The position numbers were made by a program, and so were the translations under genes. From a virus: 34,520 bases of DNA. Each line of letters starts with the position of its first letter. Position 1 is the stretch's first letter. The notes under the pieces are model-generated. The model saw only the letters and a program-made list of their open reading frames with translations, was not told the origin of the DNA and made no database searches. Where the stretch lies: the IMG/VR virus record IMGVR_UViG_3300036782_000036, positions 1 through 34,520 of that record; one strand, 5' to 3'. Of this stretch, positions 21,856 through 29,900 are shown one piece after another.

Positions 21856-22824
21856 GTGCCCAGCGACCACGTGCAGTCGGTCCGCAACGCCTGGATCAAC
21901 CGAATCAGGGACGAGGCCCTCCGCGCACGACGCCCCGAGGTCTCCAAGGCCGCCCACATCGGCATCCTCATCGCCACCTACGCCAACGCCGACGGGTCCA
22001 ACTCGTACCCCTCGAACGCGACCCTGGCCGCCATCGCCGGCGCGAGCGAGGAGACCGTCACCAGGTGCGTACGGCTCCTTTCGGCCGCTGAGCTCCTCGT
22101 CCGCCGACGCCGTCCCAACCAGTCCTCCGTCTACCAGCTGCTCATCCCTTCCGCGCGCATCGACTGGGCCGAGCACCTGCACACATGGGGTGAGACCCGG
22201 CAGGCCAAGGCCCGGCGCAAGGCCAAGGCCGCCGAGATCGAGGCCCGCCTCGCCAAGCGGGCGGCCGCCGAAGAAGGGAACCCGTCCCCGGACGACGTCC
22301 GGAACCCGTCCCCGGCTGGGGGTCCGGAACCCGTCCCCGGCGGGGTACCGGATGCCTCCGGAACCCGTCCCCGGACGGGTGCGGACACCGACCCCGGACG
22401 GGTTCCGGAACCCGTCCCCGGCGGGGGCCTACATGTTCCCCCTACTTCCAGTAGGGACCCACAACCTGACCAGACGATGGCTGATCCCGGACCTCAGCCA
22501 CAGGCCGCGCGCGCGAACGAGGACGAGGACATCGACTCTCGCCCCGGACCGCGTCTCGTACCCCCGCCTCGAGGCGGCCACCGCGCGGCCTCGGGCAGCT
22601 CGCCAAGCAGCCAGCGGCCGTTGCTGCTCCCCGTCCGTGGACTGCCTGCCGACCGGCGAGAGCTGACGCAGGAGCAGCGCGACGACATCCGAGCCCAGGC
22701 CACTCCCGACCTCGTACGCCTCGCCATCGAGGCCGAGGGGGTCGCCCAGGCCATCGCCCTGTACGGCCACCGCCTCGTCGCCGAGGCCGTGAACAGCGAC
22801 TACGCCACTGACACCGGCACCTGA
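21856..22824 (+). CDS. Replication-initiator-like protein (N-terminal wHTH, low-complexity linker carrying DNA iterons, helical C-terminus; 322 aa)
   Basis: The segment AHIGILIATYANADGSNSYPSNATLAAIAGASEETVTRCVRLLSAAELLVRRRR is a wHTH typical of phage/plasmid initiators. The iteron array is embedded at 22277-22421. Confidence 0.65.
   Translation: MPSDHVQSVRNAWINRIRDEALRARRPEVSKAAHIGILIATYANADGSNSYPSNATLAAIAGASEETVTRCVRLLSAAELLVRRRRPNQSSVYQLLIPSARIDWAEHLHTWGETRQAKARRKAKAAEIEARLAKRAAAEEGNPSPDDVRNPSPAGGPEPVPGGVPDASGTRPRTGADTDPGRVPEPVPGGGLHVPPTSSRDPQPDQTMADPGPQPQAARANEDEDIDSRPGPRLVPPPRGGHRAASGSSPSSQRPLLLPVRGLPADRRELTQEQRDDIRAQATPDLVRLAIEAEGVAQAIALYGHRLVAEAVNSDYATDTGT
22277..22421. repeat. ori: Iteron array: five direct copies of GGAACCCGTCCCCGG plus a 22-bp palindrome; putative origin of replication
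   Basis: Exact 15-mers at 22277, 22301, 22326, 22360 and 22407. GGACGGGTTCCGGAACCCGTCC at 22396-22417 is a perfect palindrome. The copies are translated in all three phases (NPSP, NPSP, PEPVP, GTRPR, PEPVP). Confidence 0.7.
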
Positions 22825-22842
22825 CCGGAGGAGACGACGACC

Positions 22843-23151
22843 ATGACCACCCCGACCGGCTCGACGCCGTGCCCGTCGTGCGGGCAGCCCATCCGCTGGG
22901 CCGTCACCGCCGTCGGCCGCCGCCAGGCCCTCAACGCCACCACCGACCCCGAGGGCAACACGGCCGCCTACACCGACGGCACCGGCCGCCTGCGCGTCCG
23001 CGTCCTCACCGCCGAGCGCCCGACCCTGGAGGGCGCCGAGTGGCGCGCCATGCCCCACGCCGCCACCTGCGCCCGCCCCCGGCCGCGCCGCGCCGTTCCC
23101 CGGCAGCGCACCGGCGTCCGCCCGGCGCCCTGGAAGGGGTGGCAGCGATGA
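22843..23151 (+). CDS. Hypothetical zinc-ribbon protein (102 aa)
   Basis: ATG after GGAGGAG. CPSCGQP motif. High GC3. Confidence 0.6.
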   Translation: MTTPTGSTPCPSCGQPIRWAVTAVGRRQALNATTDPEGNTAAYTDGTGRLRVRVLTAERPTLEGAEWRAMPHAATCARPRPRRAVPRQRTGVRPAPWKGWQR

Positions 23152-23795
23152 GCCGTACCTCGACCCGCGCCCTGGCCTTCGGCGCCATCGTCGCCCAGGC
23201 CCTCGGCACCCACCTCGGCGCCCGCATCACCCCCGAGGAGGCCGCCGAGGTCGCCTACACCGCGCTCGTCAACTCGGGCTGGCGCATCACCGAGGGCCTG
23301 GGCCGCCCGGCACGCCGCATCAGCCCCACCCTGTGGGAGTACGACCCGACGCTCCTGGCCGGCCTCGCCCGCGGCCGCTCGACGGCCGAGATCTCCACCG
23401 AGACCGGCGTGGCGTACGGCACGGTCAAGCACCGCATGGAGAGCCTCCGTTCCCGCCTCGGCGCCCGCAACTCGGCCCATGCGGTCGCCATCGCCTACCG
23501 CTCCGGGTGGATGCGCGGCCTGGCCCCCGAACCCCGCGGCCGCATCCTCCTGACCCCTCGGCAGTACCAGGCCCTGGAGCTCGTCGCCGACGGCATGAGC
23601 AACGACGAGATCGCCGCCGAGCTCGGATGCAGCAGCAACACGGCTATCACCCACCTACGCCGTACCTACGCCTCCCTCGGCGCCCTGCGCCCCGACATCA
23701 CGCCCGCCGTGGTCCGCCCGTACGCCGTCGCTCTCGCCTACCAGCACGGCCACCTCCCGCTCCCCGCCGCATCCGACCAGTCGCAGGCCGCCTGA
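23148..23795 (+). CDS. Regulator with two tandem LuxR/GerE-type HTH domains (215 aa)
   Basis: ATGA overlap. First HTH: LLAGLARGRSTAEISTETGVAYGTVKHRMESLRSRLGARNSAHAVAIAYRSGWM. Second HTH: LTPRQYQALELVADGMSNDEIAAELGCSSNTAITHLRRTYASLGA. Confidence 0.75.
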   Translation: MSRTSTRALAFGAIVAQALGTHLGARITPEEAAEVAYTALVNSGWRITEGLGRPARRISPTLWEYDPTLLAGLARGRSTAEISTETGVAYGTVKHRMESLRSRLGARNSAHAVAIAYRSGWMRGLAPEPRGRILLTPRQYQALELVADGMSNDEIAAELGCSSNTAITHLRRTYASLGALRPDITPAVVRPYAVALAYQHGHLPLPAASDQSQAA

Positions 23796-24157
23796 TGGCC
23801 ACGCTCGCGCTCACCGTCGCATTCGTCGCCCTCGTCGCCCTGACCACCGCCGTGCCGCTCGGCCACGCCGCCGCTCGACACCGCGTCCGCCGCCAGCGCT
23901 GGCGTCACTGGGCGCACCGAGCAGGCGTCCTCTGGGGCCCGGCCTGCGGTTGGCGCGGGTGCCAGTTCGGCAGCCACCGCCAGCGCGTCCAACTCGCCGC
24001 TGGCCTGCCTGTCCTGCGCCCCAGCATCCGCGACCACGCCCGGATCGTCGCCTCCCACGCCCGTCACGGCCTCCATGCCGCATGCGCCACCCCGTGCGCC
24101 ACCAGCCACACCTACCGCCGCCCCTGCGCCCTCGCCTCCTCCAGGAACAGCCCATGA
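23795..24157 (+). CDS. Hypothetical basic protein with an N-terminal TM helix (120 aa)
   Basis: Start/stop overlaps at both ends. High GC3. The His/Arg/Cys-rich composition keeps confidence low. Confidence 0.45.
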   Translation: MATLALTVAFVALVALTTAVPLGHAAARHRVRRQRWRHWAHRAGVLWGPACGWRGCQFGSHRQRVQLAAGLPVLRPSIRDHARIVASHARHGLHAACATPCATSHTYRRPCALASSRNSP

Positions 24158-24846
24158 GTACTTGCCTGATCTGCACCCACCCGGCCGAGCAGCCCCGTAC
24201 CGCGTGCACCCGGTGCGAGCACCGCATCCGCGGCTGGCTCGGCGAGATCCCCCGCCAGCTGGTACTGCTCGCCGCCTCCCTGGAGCTCGGTTCCCGTCCC
24301 GCCCAGGGATACGGCGGCGCCGGCCGCGCCCACGCTCCGCTCCCCGTCCGCGGCGACGTCCTCACCCTCCTCGGCCCGGCCGCGCCCGGGCCCGTCCGCG
24401 ACACCGCCGGCGACCAGGGCGGCCCGCAGCCCGTTCACGCCGTCCTGCACGCCTGGGCCGACCAACTCGCTGACGACCTCGGCCACGTGCTCCCGCCCAT
24501 CAACCCCCGCGCCCCGTACGCCGCGTACCTCGCCCGCCACCTCGGCCACATCACCCGTACGGGCTGGGTCGCGCTCATGCACGGCGAGCTCGCCGACCTC
24601 GTCCGCCGGATCCGGGCCGTCACGAGCACCGAGCCCCGCCGCCGCCCCGCTGACGCTCCGTGTCCGGCCTGCCAGGCCTTCGGCCTCGGGCGCACCGACT
24701 GGGAGACCTACCTCGACTGCGAGGCGTGCGGGCTGCTGCTCACCGAGGCCGAGTACGCCGACCACCACGCCGCCGTCATGCCCCCGCTCGCCCGTACCGC
24801 CCTCGGCCTCCTCCTCGCCGAGCACGACACCCGGAAGGCGTCATGA
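24154..24846 (+). CDS. Hypothetical protein with N- and C-terminal zinc-ribbon motifs (230 aa)
   Basis: ATGA overlaps. N-terminal CLICTHP....CTRCEH and C-terminal CPACQ......CEACG. Confidence 0.6.
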   Translation: MSTCLICTHPAEQPRTACTRCEHRIRGWLGEIPRQLVLLAASLELGSRPAQGYGGAGRAHAPLPVRGDVLTLLGPAAPGPVRDTAGDQGGPQPVHAVLHAWADQLADDLGHVLPPINPRAPYAAYLARHLGHITRTGWVALMHGELADLVRRIRAVTSTEPRRRPADAPCPACQAFGLGRTDWETYLDCEACGLLLTEAEYADHHAAVMPPLARTALGLLLAEHDTRKAS

Positions 24847-25382
24847 GCACCACCATCGAGACGCGTCGCGCGACAGTCGCACGCCTGCATGCCGAGGGAC
24901 ACAGCTACCGGCAGATCGCCGATCAGGTCGGCGTCAGCAAGGACACCGTTGCCCGCGATGTCCGCGACGTTGAGGCCGCCACCGCCCAGGCTGCCGCCCG
25001 CCTCGCACGGCGCCGTCTGCCCCGCCGCGCCCGCCCCGCACGTTTGCGCAGGCCACAGGCACCGCGACAGCGTCGCACCGCGCCTCTGCCCGCCCCCGCG
25101 CCCGTGCGCGACACGGCGCACGACACCACCCCGCCACCCGCGCCGGCTGCGCCGTGTGTCGCTCTGCCGTTGTCTGTCCGCCTTGTGGCCGACCTCGCCA
25201 CCCTCACCCGCAACGGCGTCTCTCCCGAGGCCGCGATCCTCCACGCCGTCGGCTACATGGCCCGTGCGTACCGCCAGGGCTGGGAGGCTGGCCTCTACCC
25301 CCGCAACGTCAACCCCGTTCTTCAGCGCCACCAGTTCGCCCCGTACCGGCCGAGCGAGCAGGCCGCCAACACCACCACCTGA
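24843..25382 (+). CDS. HTH DNA-binding protein (179 aa)
   Basis: The N-terminal ATVARLHAEGHSYRQIADQVGVSKDTVARDV is a resolvase/HTH_23-like motif. It is the last gene before a strong terminator. Confidence 0.6.
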   Translation: MSTTIETRRATVARLHAEGHSYRQIADQVGVSKDTVARDVRDVEAATAQAAARLARRRLPRRARPARLRRPQAPRQRRTAPLPAPAPVRDTAHDTTPPPAPAAPCVALPLSVRLVADLATLTRNGVSPEAAILHAVGYMARAYRQGWEAGLYPRNVNPVLQRHQFAPYRPSEQAANTTT

Positions 25383-25454
25383 CGAACCGACTGGACATGA
25401 TCGCTACTTAGCGCAACACTGGCGTCAGCGCCACACGTGCGCCCAGACACCACC

Positions 25455-25480
25455 ACGGCCCCCGCCACCACGGGGGCCGT
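25455..25480 (+). terminator. Intrinsic terminator at the end of the early operon
   Basis: 10-bp perfect stem ACGGCCCCCG/CGGGGGCCGT with a 6-nt loop. CGCCGTTTCCC follows. Confidence 0.7.
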
Positions 25481-25501
25481 CGCCGTTTCCCGGAGGTGAC
25501 C

Positions 25502-25759
25502 GTGGCCACGCTCTACACCGCCACCGAGGCTGCCAAGGCCGCCACCACCTGGCGCCGCCGCCTCTCCGCCGGCACGGCCACCGTCACCCCCGCCACCGTC
25601 CGCTCCTGGGTAACCCGCGGCCACCTCGCCCCCGCCGGCCTCGACCACCGCGGCCGCCCTCTCTACACCTCCGCCGACCTTGCCCGCGCCGAAGTCGCCA
25701 CACGGGGGCGCGCCCTACGCCTCGTCGGCATACCTGAACGCACCGCGAGCAGCCGCTAG
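25502..25759 (+). CDS. MerR/excisionase-like HTH protein (85 aa)
   Basis: GTG 5 nt after GGAGG; the ORF-track start at 25496 overlaps the SD. The pattern YTATEAAKAA......TVRSWVTRGHL fits an HTH_17-like fold. Confidence 0.55.
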   Translation: MATLYTATEAAKAATTWRRRLSAGTATVTPATVRSWVTRGHLAPAGLDHRGRPLYTSADLARAEVATRGRALRLVGIPERTASSR

Positions 25760-25826
25760 CGCGGCCTGGCTCCGCACACCGAGCGGCTCCTCACCAGATG
25801 AGGCATGCGGCCAAGAACGGAGAACT

Positions 25827-26552
25827 GTGACCCACTCCACCTGGACCGTCCACCAGGGAGACGCCCTCACCACACTGCGTACCCTCCCCGCCAACTCCGT
25901 CGACGCCGTGATCACCGACCCGCCGTACAACAGCGGCGCGGCCACGATCACCGCCCGTGTCAACGACACCGCCCGCGGCAAGTACGTGCGCGGCGACGCC
26001 CAACACGACCTCCCCGACTTCCCCGGCGAGAACCGCGACCAGCGCGGCTACCTCGCATGGATGACCCTCGTCCTCACCGAGTGCCTCCGCACCGCTCGAC
26101 CCGGCACCCCACTGCTGCTGTTCAGCGACTACCGGCAGGTGCCCATCAACTCCGACGCGCTCCAGGCCGCCGGCTGGTCGTGGCGCGGCATCGTCCCGTG
26201 GCACAAGCCCAACGCCCGCCCACAGAAGGGCGGATTCCGCCGTTCCTGCGAGTACGTTCTGTGGGCCACCAACGGCCCCATCGACGCCGCCCGGAACCCC
26301 GTCTACCTCAACGGCCTCGTGTCTGGCTCCCAGCCCCGCGGCCGGGACCGGCTCCACATCACACAGAAGCCCCTCGAGGTCATGCGCGAACTCGTACGCA
26401 TCTGCGCTCCCGAAGGCACTGTGCTCGACCCCTTCACCGGGTCAGGATCCACCGGCGCAGCCGCCCTCGCCGAAGGCCGGTCGTTCGTCGGGGTCGAGCT
26501 CTCGGACCAGTACATCAAGATCGCTCGGCAACGCCTCACCCACGCTGCATGA
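25827..26552 (+). CDS. DNA methyltransferase (N6-adenine/N4-cytosine, beta-class motif order), orphan
   Basis: Catalytic motif IV VITDPPYN comes before the AdoMet motif VLDPFTGSGSTGAAA; ITQKPLEVMRELV is also present. No restriction endonuclease gene is present in the genome. Confidence 0.88.
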   Translation: MTHSTWTVHQGDALTTLRTLPANSVDAVITDPPYNSGAATITARVNDTARGKYVRGDAQHDLPDFPGENRDQRGYLAWMTLVLTECLRTARPGTPLLLFSDYRQVPINSDALQAAGWSWRGIVPWHKPNARPQKGGFRRSCEYVLWATNGPIDAARNPVYLNGLVSGSQPRGRDRLHITQKPLEVMRELVRICAPEGTVLDPFTGSGSTGAAALAEGRSFVGVELSDQYIKIARQRLTHAA

Positions 26553-26664
26553 CAGGCAGCACAGTCGCCGCCATCCGGGCTACGCCGGTCACAGATGACG
26601 CCGCCGTGGTGACCGTGTCCATACCGGCGAACTGATTCCCTGATACGCCCTCAAGGAGGTGACC

Positions 26665-26862
26665 ATGCATCTCGGAGACACCGCGTCCGGCCTGCCTCGC
26701 TGGATCGGCGCCCGGGTCGAGTACGAGTGGCCCAGCGTCTACGCCACGACCTGCACACGCGCCCATGACGGCGCCCTGAACGTAACGCTGAGGGTGCACA
26801 TCCCGCCCATCCGCGGTGCGCTCTACCGCGCCTGGCTGCTCCTCGCAGGCAAGGCCTCGTAG
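26665..26862 (+). CDS. Hypothetical protein (65 aa)
   Basis: ATG 5 nt after AAGGAGG (26653-26659). Confidence 0.6.
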   Translation: MHLGDTASGLPRWIGARVEYEWPSVYATTCTRAHDGALNVTLRVHIPPIRGALYRAWLLLAGKAS

Positions 26863-26864
26863 CC

Positions 26865-27233
26865 ATGCCCACCCGTGCGCCTCGGCGTTGCACCACGCCC
26901 GGCTGCGGCGCCATGGCCACCCCACCCGCCTCGAAGTGCGCCGCCCACGACAAGCGCCGGCCGCGACGCTCGGCCTCGGCCAAGGGCTACAACGCCGAGC
27001 ACGTCCAGCGGTTCCGCGCCGGCGTCCTGGCACGCGACACCGTGTGCGTGCTCTGCACGACCGCTGCAGCCACCCAGGCCGATCACTGGCCGCTGTCCAA
27101 GCGCGAGCTGCAGGCCCGTGGCCTGGACGAGCACGACCCCCGCCGGGGCCGCGGCCTGTGTGCCTCGTGCCACTCGAAGGAGACCGCCCGGCACCAGCCT
27201 GGAGGGTGGAACGCCGGCGGTCCGCGCTACTGA
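26865..27233 (+). CDS. HNH endonuclease (packaging-associated)
   Basis: Motifs CVLC.....ADHWPLSKREL and CASCHSKET (HNH). It lies immediately upstream of the terminase genes, as in HK97-like cos phages. Confidence 0.88.
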   Translation: MPTRAPRRCTTPGCGAMATPPASKCAAHDKRRPRRSASAKGYNAEHVQRFRAGVLARDTVCVLCTTAAATQADHWPLSKRELQARGLDEHDPRRGRGLCASCHSKETARHQPGGWNAGGPRY

Positions 27234-27383
27234 TCGTGACGGGCCCGGCTGGGGGGAGGGGGCCTCGGATCCCTGGCCAGGGGACCCGCGGAACGCGGGG
27301 GGGAGCCCACGTGCGCCTCGACAGGTTTCGGGATCCGCCGTACCGGGCCCGTCCGACGTAACGGAATGTCACCGGAGGTGATC

Positions 27384-27866
27384 ATGGGGAAGCGAGGACC
27401 CGCGCCCAAGCCCACCGTGCTGCGCGTGCTGCACGGCGACCGCGCGGACCGCATCAACACCGACGAGCCGCAGCCCGACCAGGGCGACATCACCGTCCCG
27501 GCCTGGCTCCGGCCGGACGCCGTCGAGGTGTGGGAGTCCCTCGCGGACGACCTCATCGCCAAGGGAGTCCTCACCTCTTGGGACGTCGAGGCGTTCGCCA
27601 ACTGGTGTGACGCGGTGGCCCGTCGGCGCGAGGCGGCCGAGCACGTCGCCGCCGAGGGCGCCGTCGTCGAGCAGCCGGTGTTCAACAAGAACGGCGACAT
27701 CAGCGGGCACCGGGTGGGCAAGAACGCGTGGCTCCTGGCGCTGGACGCGGCCGATGCGCAGGTCCAGCGGTACGGGGCCCGGTTCGGCCTGACCCCGAGC
27801 GACCGCGCGCAGCTGCACATCGGCGGCCAGGAGAAGCCCGGCGGAGCGGAGCGACTGCTGTCCTGA
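27384..27866 (+). CDS. terS: Terminase small subunit (P27 family)
   Basis: ATG 5 nt after GGAGG. The N-terminus MGKRGPAPKPTVLRVLHGD and the C-terminus RYGARFGLTPSDRAQL are signatures of the P27 family. Confidence 0.88.
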   Translation: MGKRGPAPKPTVLRVLHGDRADRINTDEPQPDQGDITVPAWLRPDAVEVWESLADDLIAKGVLTSWDVEAFANWCDAVARRREAAEHVAAEGAVVEQPVFNKNGDISGHRVGKNAWLLALDAADAQVQRYGARFGLTPSDRAQLHIGGQEKPGGAERLLS

Positions 27867-27884
27867 CCGATGCGAGGGGGTGCC

Positions 27885-29693
27885 ATGACTGCCGGGACCA
27901 CCACCCGCCCGGCCCGTAGCAAGGCAGCCACCAGGCCTCGCGGCCGCGCCCGGGCGATGACGTTCAACCACCACAAGCGGTGGCGGCCGGCCTCGCGCAA
28001 GGGCGAGGTCTGCGGGTACACCCTCGACGGGAAGACGTGCGAGCGGCGCGGCGCGCACTACTGCGAGCCGCGCGCGGACCGGGTCGTGGCGTTCTTCGCC
28101 GAGCTCCTCGTCCATCCCGCCGGCGCGCTCGCGAACACCCGGTTCGTGCTGGCGTCGTGGCAGGAACACGAGATCATCCGGCCGCTGTTCGGTGAGGTCC
28201 ACTGGTCTGATCAGTGGGGGCGGTACGTCCGCCGGTACTCCCGCGCCACGATCGTCATGGCCCGGAAGAACGGCAAGTCCGCGATCCTCTCCGGGATCGC
28301 CCTGTACATGCTGTGCGGGGACGGCGAGGAGTCCGCCGAGGTCTACGGCGCGGCCGCCACGATCCGGCAGGCCGGCAAGGTCTTCGAGCCGTGCAAGAAG
28401 ATGATGCTCAAGAGCCCGCTCCTGGCGGCGCGGCTCGAGCACGTCAAGGCCGCACGGCGGATCGTCGACGAGCGGACCGGCAGCCACTACGAGGTCATCC
28501 CGGCCGACGCCGACAACGAGCTCGGCCACAGCCCGCACTGTTTCATCCTCGACGAGGTCCTCTCCCAGCCCGACGACAGCCTGTGGCAGGCGATGCGCAC
28601 GGGCACCGGTGCCCGTACCCAGCCGCTCATGCTGGCGATCACCACCGAGACCAGCCAGCAGTACTCCTTCGGCGCCGAGTTCATCGACGAGGCCGACCGC
28701 GTCCTCGAAGACCCGGCCCGCGCGCCGCACCACTTCGTGTTCGTGCGCAAGACCCCGCGCACTCCCGACGAACTGGAGCGGCTGCACCGCCTGTTCCCCG
28801 GCCGCCCCGACCTGCCGGTCTCCCTCGACTGGACCGACGAGGCGAACTGGCGGTGGGCCAACCCCGCGCTCGGTTCGTTCCTGTCCATCCAGTCCTTGAG
28901 GGAAGAGGCCAAGGAAGCCGTCGGGGACCGCAAGGCCCTGCACGCCTTCCTGCAGTTCCGGCTCAACCAGCGCGTCTCGGAGGTGTCGCGCTGGATCGCG
29001 ATGGACCTGTGGGACATGAACGCCCGCGAGCTCGCCCCCAACCCCGGCTGGATCGCCGGCCGCCTGGAGGGCCAGCGATGCTGGGGCGGCCTCGACCTGT
29101 CCTCCAAGCTCGACCTCACCGCGTGGGCGCTGTACTTCCCGGGCGGCGAGATTGTGTGGCGTTTCTGGGCCCCGCAGTCCGTCGCCCCGATCCTCGACAA
29201 GTTCACCGACGGGAAGTTCTCCGAGTGGGCCGAGGACGGCTGGGTCACGCTGACCGACGGCGACACGATCGACTACGACACGATCTACGACGACATCGAG
29301 ACCGACCACAACCTGTACAAGATCATCGACGCCACCTACGACAAGTGGTGCGGTGAGCCGGTCCGGCAGGCGATCACCAAGCGGACCCGGCTCAAGATGG
29401 TCGAGTCGGACACGACGTTCACGCGGATGACGCCGCCCATGAACGAGTTCATGCGCGGTCTCAAGGCCCGCGAGTACGCGCACTTCGGGAACCCCGTTGC
29501 CCGGTGGATGGCCGACAACCTTGAGTGCAAGAGCCCCCGGGACGATCCCGACCGCGTGCGCCCGGTCAAGCCCTCGCGCGACAAGACCGGCAAGCGCATC
29601 GACGGCATGCCCGCCCTGTTCTTCGCCATCGACGGCGGTCTGCGCGGCCTGCCCACCCCGTCCATCTACGAGTCCCAGGGCATGGCCCTGTGA
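27885..29693 (+). CDS. terL: Terminase large subunit (Terminase_1 type)
   Basis: Walker A-like MARKNGKSAILSG and Walker B-like CFILDEV, followed by a nuclease domain. ATG follows GAGGGGG; in-frame alternative starts are at 27870 and 27957. Confidence 0.92.
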   Translation: MTAGTTTRPARSKAATRPRGRARAMTFNHHKRWRPASRKGEVCGYTLDGKTCERRGAHYCEPRADRVVAFFAELLVHPAGALANTRFVLASWQEHEIIRPLFGEVHWSDQWGRYVRRYSRATIVMARKNGKSAILSGIALYMLCGDGEESAEVYGAAATIRQAGKVFEPCKKMMLKSPLLAARLEHVKAARRIVDERTGSHYEVIPADADNELGHSPHCFILDEVLSQPDDSLWQAMRTGTGARTQPLMLAITTETSQQYSFGAEFIDEADRVLEDPARAPHHFVFVRKTPRTPDELERLHRLFPGRPDLPVSLDWTDEANWRWANPALGSFLSIQSLREEAKEAVGDRKALHAFLQFRLNQRVSEVSRWIAMDLWDMNARELAPNPGWIAGRLEGQRCWGGLDLSSKLDLTAWALYFPGGEIVWRFWAPQSVAPILDKFTDGKFSEWAEDGWVTLTDGDTIDYDTIYDDIETDHNLYKIIDATYDKWCGEPVRQAITKRTRLKMVESDTTFTRMTPPMNEFMRGLKAREYAHFGNPVARWMADNLECKSPRDDPDRVRPVKPSRDKTGKRIDGMPALFFAIDGGLRGLPTPSIYESQGMAL

Positions 29694-29712
29694 CCGAAGG
29701 AAGGAGGCAGCC

Positions 29713-29898
29713 ATGGACCGCGTGGACCCGTGGGACTACCTCGCGCTGCTCGGCATCGTGCTCCTCGGTACCGGCCTCGGCCTGCTCGCCCCGTGGCTCG
29801 GCATGGCATCCGCTGGCCTTGCGCTCCTGGCCCTCGGCGTCGCCGGAGCCATCTCCGCCGAACGTGCTGCCCGGGCCACCCCCCAGAAGGGAGGCTGA
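29713..29898 (+). CDS. Small two-TM membrane protein (61 aa) between terminase and portal
   Basis: ATG 5 nt after AAGGAGG. Hydrophobic segments LALLGIVLLGTGLGLLAPWL and ASAGLALLALGVAGAI. Confidence 0.65.
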   Translation: MDRVDPWDYLALLGIVLLGTGLGLLAPWLGMASAGLALLALGVAGAISAERAARATPQKGG

Positions 29899-29900
29899 CC

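Noticed and set aside
22277-22421. Regularly repeated 15-mers as a possible CRISPR array.
   Set aside because: The repeats are only 15 bp long and the spacers are 9-32 bp and irregular. There are no cas genes, and the array lies inside a continuous ORF. Iterons explain it better.
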